From Bugula neritina (Eukaryota; Animalia; Bryozoa): DNA of 64,000 nt. The notes beneath the pieces were generated by a model. That model was not told the origin of the DNA. It saw nothing but the letters and a program-made list of their open reading frames with translations, and made no database searches. Of the stretch, positions 58,601 to 64,000 are shown in pieces. A program made the translations under genes and the position numbers. Numbering within the stretch: position 1 is the first letter of the stretch; each line of letters starts with the position of its first letter. The DNA lies in NCBI GenBank assembly GCA_964035545.1, contig OZ037766.1, positions 21,998,767-22,062,766 of the forward strand, read 5' to 3'.

Positions 58601-61600
58601 GTGGTAAAGGAGAAATTATGACTGGGTGCACTTCCGAACATCACCAATCGTCTTTAGTGAATTCTAACCACTGATCTCGTGTTTACTAAGCCAGTGAATT
58701 AACCACTAGTCAAGTTGATAATTTATATTGTAGTTAAGGTTGTAACAATACAGTGACAATGCCTAAAGTTGATATTATTTTTCAATCAAATAAGTGGTTT
58801 ACTTGTGCTCATAGCGTTATGTTGAATATGTTGTAGAAAGAGCTGAGCTTTCTTGTTATTCGTCATGCAGAAAGAGTAGATGCTGTAATGGGAAAGGACT
58901 GGGTGAATAACTGTTTTGAGGCTTCTGGTAAAGGTGAGTGTTCGGTTATCAGATCTTCGTTCCTAAATAATCAGTAGCTTTTGTTATGTAATTCAATAAG
59001 TATTGATTATTGAATGTTAAACTGGCAGTTGTAGAATATACTGTAGATCCTGCCAGCATTACTTATCAACTTAAATACATGTCATTCCCCCGAAAAATAT
59101 TATACTGTGGAAATGTATATTAATTCATATATATTTTTAAACCAGGTTTATGAATCCATTAGGTTTGAAAAACCAAAATTAATACGAGTTTATAAATTTA
59201 ACTGTCTGTAGTTTATCTTCATTGCATAGCCATACTTGTTAGTAATGTATCCCGTACGATGATGTAGAGAAAATTTTGAAGAGATTCAACTTGAATATGC
59301 CAGATCAGTATGTGAAGAGACGCTCTATTTATGACTTTAAATCTGATCCTCCCATCACTGAGATAGGACGACTTCAATCTACACTGATTGGTTAGTTCTT
59401 ATATAGTGAACTCATTCTCTATTTATGAACCTATTCCACCTATTTGTATATGTCGGCTATCAAGTAATCACTTCAACAGTATGCTTCCTTATGCATTTTA
59501 GTTGTTTCCCTGTCATAAAGCTGTAAGGCTAAAAATTGTTAATATGTTTTTCCTCAGCTTTATAAGATTTTTCTTTTTCCACACTCTCCTATCCTATCAA
59601 TTAAATTCATTACAACACCGTTCAACTTTTCGAAACCTGTTTAGTCTTCCATGATGATTCTAATAAAATACTGACTTTATTCCATAATAGATATCTTCAC
59701 TTATTTCTTTAGTCCTTGAAATAGTCATTCCCCAAAAGTTTAATTTACAAATTATTAAATTCTTATTCCTACACTCAGTTATTCTATTTCTGATAAAAAC
59801 CAACTCTTTTTAAATGTTTATATTTCGGCAAAAATTTTACTCATATGCATATTTCCATTGGGTCACTTAACATTAGCTAAATACCATTGGCTTTTCCCTC
59901 TTTTTTACAATATTCTCTCTAATATTTTGTTGTTGCTATCTTTATCCTTTATTCGTAACCTATTGGCAAACATTGATATGCTAAGCCATCATTCTAGTAC
60001 TCACCAGCATGTGTAAATCTTTACATTGTTATATTACTACTATATATTTATAAACATTGTTGTCACTCTCGGATTCAATGATGTTCAGCAAAGGTTGAAA
60101 AATCTAACTACTACTGCCAGCATACCATAACTCTAGTCACTAGTGCTTACCAGCACAATATCTTCCTATCTGTTTGTATTCATCAATTTTTGCTTCACTC
60201 CTCTTGTTAAAATCTGCTTCAATGATATCTTATTTTCTTCAACTGTCACATCTTACTCAACATATTTTTTTCTGCCACTTCCAGCATCATCTTGTCAATT
60301 AAGCATTATACATTTTCCCTTCTTATTTTATGATGATCTTGTGAAGGAGATTTCTTATTCGTTGTGCATGTTATAAGACTTGGCTTTCTGTTACCATGCA
60401 ACAAGCCCAGATCTTGATTATAAATCTCTCACAATCGTTGGCTAATTGATTTTTGCTAGTTTGTCATCAGCTATTGCAACTTCTCTGCTATTCTAAGTGA
60501 AAATATGTTACCAATTCATTATTTCTACGACTGCATACTGTGACTGTACACTTGTAGGAAAAGGTTTGGCTGCCTCTCCACTCAAAATATCAGCAGTTTT
60601 CTCGTCACCTTCACTGAGATGTGTGGAGACTGCTGACTATATTGTAAAATGTAAGGCAGTGTGTTTTTCTTGAATACTTCACGTCTTTTCAACTTAATGT
60701 AAAATTTGTTGGTTTTTCTGTTGTTTTTCTAATACATTCAAGTTTTATCTCAGCCACACCAGTTCGTGTAGGCTGCATGTATCTAACTCATTTTTTTGCA
60801 TTTTCAAGATGTAGATTTTTTTATGAGTTGATTGTGTTTATATCGTATTAAAGGTATGGCGCCAGAGGTAAAGCCTGATATTAAAATAGAGAACTGCTTA
60901 TTCGAGTGGAATGGGTGGCATCGAGCATCACCCCCTACTTTCATTCCTCCTTCAGATTTAAAGGAACAAGGCTTCAATATAGGTAATGTGTAAAAAATTT
61001 AGGCTCTTCGATTTTTTTTAGATTTCGGATAAATTTATTAAAGTTTTGAAAGCTTGGTTTACACAAATATCTCAGTTTTCACTTCTTCATACTTTTTATC
61101 ATGCATAGTAAGTAAAGTGTAAATATGTTAATCAAAAGTGTAGCCTAGTGATCTCTGCTCTGTTCTGAATTTGTTGTGTAAGTCTGAGATTTAACCTTTG
61201 TTCTAGATGTGACATATAAATCTGAGATGTTAGCTTTTGATCTTATGGAAAGTTTAAATGATTATTACGAGAGGAGTTACAAGTTCTGTCAAAGTCTCAT
61301 TGAGAAGTACAATAGAGTTGGTATGTACTGTTGGCTATCCTATTACACTACATATATCTATTAGCTAGTGCAGTAAACAACTTCTATGAAGCTGTGATCT
61401 TGCCTGGGCTCAAACTGTTCCCTATACAAGTTACTTTGAAGGTAATCATTATGTCCTTCAATAGTTAAGACAAAGGCTCAATAGTTTCCTAAGTTTTGTT
61501 ACTTCACATGGGTAGGGAAATAACTAATTAATACATTATGTAAGCGTAGATAGCATAATAGAATCTTCTTTTAGTGTACTGTGTGCATTAAGTAACCCCC

Positions 61601-62575
61601 ATCCCACCCCACCCCCCCCCCCCCCCCCGCGTAGTCAAACCTAACCCCAGTAGACTATCAACATTCATATACTTATATACTATATAGTAATTATTACACT
61701 ATAGTAGTTTCTTGTAGTTGTCTACACATTTTCTTTTTTACTAACTGCTAAACTAGTACTATTTAATAAAACAAACTGACTAGTGAAAGTAAGGAAATCT
61801 TTACTACAATATTGTTTAATGTAGCAAGGGTTAAAGGCTACAAGGAGATACTAGTGTAGTGTTTAGGTTTGCCCTGTTCATGTGGAGGCGTTTACTCAAC
61901 AAACATTAGTGCTTCTAGAATGTCAGTAATGTTTTACATGTAAATAGAATACAATTTGCAGATTTCAAAACTTCAGAATATACAAGCATTTTTCAAAACT
62001 TTTTAGCTTAAACGTTTGTAAACGTAGGAAGTATTTTTCATCACAAACTTGACATGAACATATTTAACAAGTGCGTGCAATAAGGTTTCTTTGTTTCTAC
62101 TAAGCAGAAATTTTTCAAGCAAGAAGCATCTGTGTTAAAATAACATCGAATTGTTAGAAATGGCACTATATAAGTATATCTGTTGCTGGCTGGTTTCATT
62201 AGCCAATATAGACACTAGACAGACCTTCATACTTTTAATATAAATCTTGACATAAAACCTTCCATGGCTTGCTTCCCTTCTTCTACTGGTTGCAATACAA
62301 TGCATTTCTGATAAACCGGTTATGTTGTAGGTGGGTGTGTGGTGTTGGTGGGTCATGCTGGTACAGCCGAGGCATGCATACGTAGGCTTGCAAAGAAACC
62401 AACTTTATCTCAAAGAGATTTCGTTGCCTTTATCAACAAAGTACCATTTTGTGAGCCAATCTTGGCATCTAAAGTGAGTGGGGAATGGGCGGCCTACCAC
62501 CCGCCCATTCCTAAACTCTGGCACATGGATAATAAGAAGTTTGACATTAAGTTGATGACAGATCTGCATTCCTAG
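55661..62575 (+). CDS. UBASH3B: UBASH3/Sts family protein (UBA - 2H phosphoesterase - SH3 - histidine phosphatase), about 12 coding exons
   Basis: Exons approximately 55661-55791, 56139-56388, 56588-56792, 56985-57154, 57743-57954, 58353-58440, 58837-58933, 59268-59389, 60558-60650, 60854-60982, 61207-61321, 62331-62575. Motifs LMSMGFP, WLLAHVDDP, HMSLAY, GWYTG...GQFPGNY, RHAERVD, DPPITEIG, SSPSLRCVETA, LVGHAGT. Confidence 0.9.
58560..58715 (-). mobile_element. Degenerate tRNA-derived SINE fragment
   Basis: Minus strand A-box-like TGACTAGTGG and B-box-like GGTTAGAATTC followed by GATTGGTGATGTTCGGAAGTGCACCCAG body. Confidence 0.4.
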
Positions 62576-64000
62576 CCTGTTGCTATGCTAGGTAACAGGG
62601 AACTGACTCATATGAGATGTGGTCCATGGTATTTTATTTGATATTAATAGTTCTATATTACATAGCTATATAATCACATAGTTACAAAATAACTCAACAA
62701 AATGTCTAATAAAAAGCACATTTTCATTTTCTAGTTAATATCTGCTAAAATCACTCTTGAATTGTGTCAGTTATGTCTTTAGGGTTGTAGTGTTAAGTAT
62801 TAATGATCATTAACTGTGATCAAAACAAGATGGTGCTTTTTCTACAATTACCTGTTTATCTATTTTCTTAACCCCTCTGTCTTCTTATTCAACATGTGCC
62901 TATTATGTTATTAAGCTTAAAATTGCTTGATGTTTCACAAAGAAAGTTATAGCTCAACCAAAACAGAGTATTGTTATCAAGTAATATTATTATATTACTA
63001 TATAAAAATATATTACCTGTATGCTAATATACACTAACAGCTCATAATATGTAAAACTAGCAGCTTGTCGTTTTATGATAGTAGTTTTTCAGTAATATAA
63101 ACTAGCATTAGCATTGCATTTAATAATTGCATTAGATGACATTTTAAAGATTTTTAGTTATAGGCATTTTAAAGTTTGTCCGTGACTAGAAATCATTTTT
63201 AATGACAATGTGATTTCAAAAGTTTTGTCTTATGAAATTATATTATGCAGCAACTACTCTCACTAGTTTTAAAGTAGAGATACTTGACTGTCTAATATTT
63301 AGAGAATTTATGTATTTTCTGAGCATTCTATTTAATCGCCATATAGTGAAATATTTTTATTTGTATATATAATTATCCGCTTAGTGATAAAATTAATCTT
63401 ATTGTGTGGTTTTTCAAATATACTTGCAACTTTTTTTAGTATTCCAATTTCCAAGTAATACTAAGACCTGATATAATTTGCAGGTTTCATCGACTTAACT
63501 CTTTAGTTTCATTGTTCATAATAAAGCTGTTTAGTTAATATCTATTATATCCAATATTGTTTTTACTAACAGTAATTATAAAGAGCAATTTTTTTAACAT
63601 TTTAGTACTTGACTTTTTGTATCTGAATATTTTTTTCATTACTTTTAAATTTATAATAAATACCTCAACATTTTAGTAAACCTAGCATTTTTATTTTGTT
63701 TGCTAGCCATGCTATATATTTGTACTCAAAGCATTTTTTGTTTAGAAACATGCTTCTAGTACTGTTCTGCTATTATGGTAATTTCCAGAATTGGTATCCT
63801 TAGTTAAATGGTCTTGTAGTTGAAAAACTGACATGTTTAGAAGTAAAAGTGCATAGGAGTAACTTGGGGCACAACGGGCCGAATTTTGCATTTTTTGCTC
63901 TCATCCACCTGTTTTTCAAGTTACTAGTTCAATAATCTATGGGCTTAATGCTGCATCTGTTGTCTATTACAGGTATCAGTTTGTTGTTTCTATCTCTCTC

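Noticed and set aside
61593-61835. Possible piggyBac-like MITE (taacccc ... gggttaa) with poly-C run
   Set aside because: Left TTAA is absent and the TIR match is too short.

Overview
AT-rich, intron-rich animal (invertebrate-type) genomic DNA; the species cannot be determined from sequence alone. Host genes in order: an LRRC27-like LRR gene (-, 1228-10773), a 79-aa single-pass membrane microprotein (+), a 4-exon flavin-reductase gene fused to an uncharacterised HxxH helical domain (-), mitochondrial glutamate dehydrogenase (-), the SPRY-RING E3 ligase RNF123/KPC1 (-, with one clear and one possible U12-type intron) and UBASH3/Sts (+). The most unusual object is a very young 5262-bp Ty3/Gypsy-type LTR element (13083-18344, -). 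It has 351-bp LTRs differing at 1 nt, an ATAT target duplication, an 18-nt tRNA-Leu PBS and a PPT. It carries an intact gag, a -1 frameshift cassette (G UUA AAC plus a 10-bp GC hairpin) and an uninterrupted pol-derived ORF that keeps protease and the integrase HHCC finger but lacks RT, RNase H and the integrase DDE core. In the env position it carries an apparently spliced accessory gene for a tandem zinc-finger/coiled-coil/Arg-rich protein. Also present: a Penelope-type minimal hammerhead ribozyme motif, several MITE families, a LINE RT fragment, a 50-bp retroposon tail with an 18-bp TSD, a minisatellite and a pre-miRNA-sized hairpin. Exon boundaries were read by eye and are approximate where stated.
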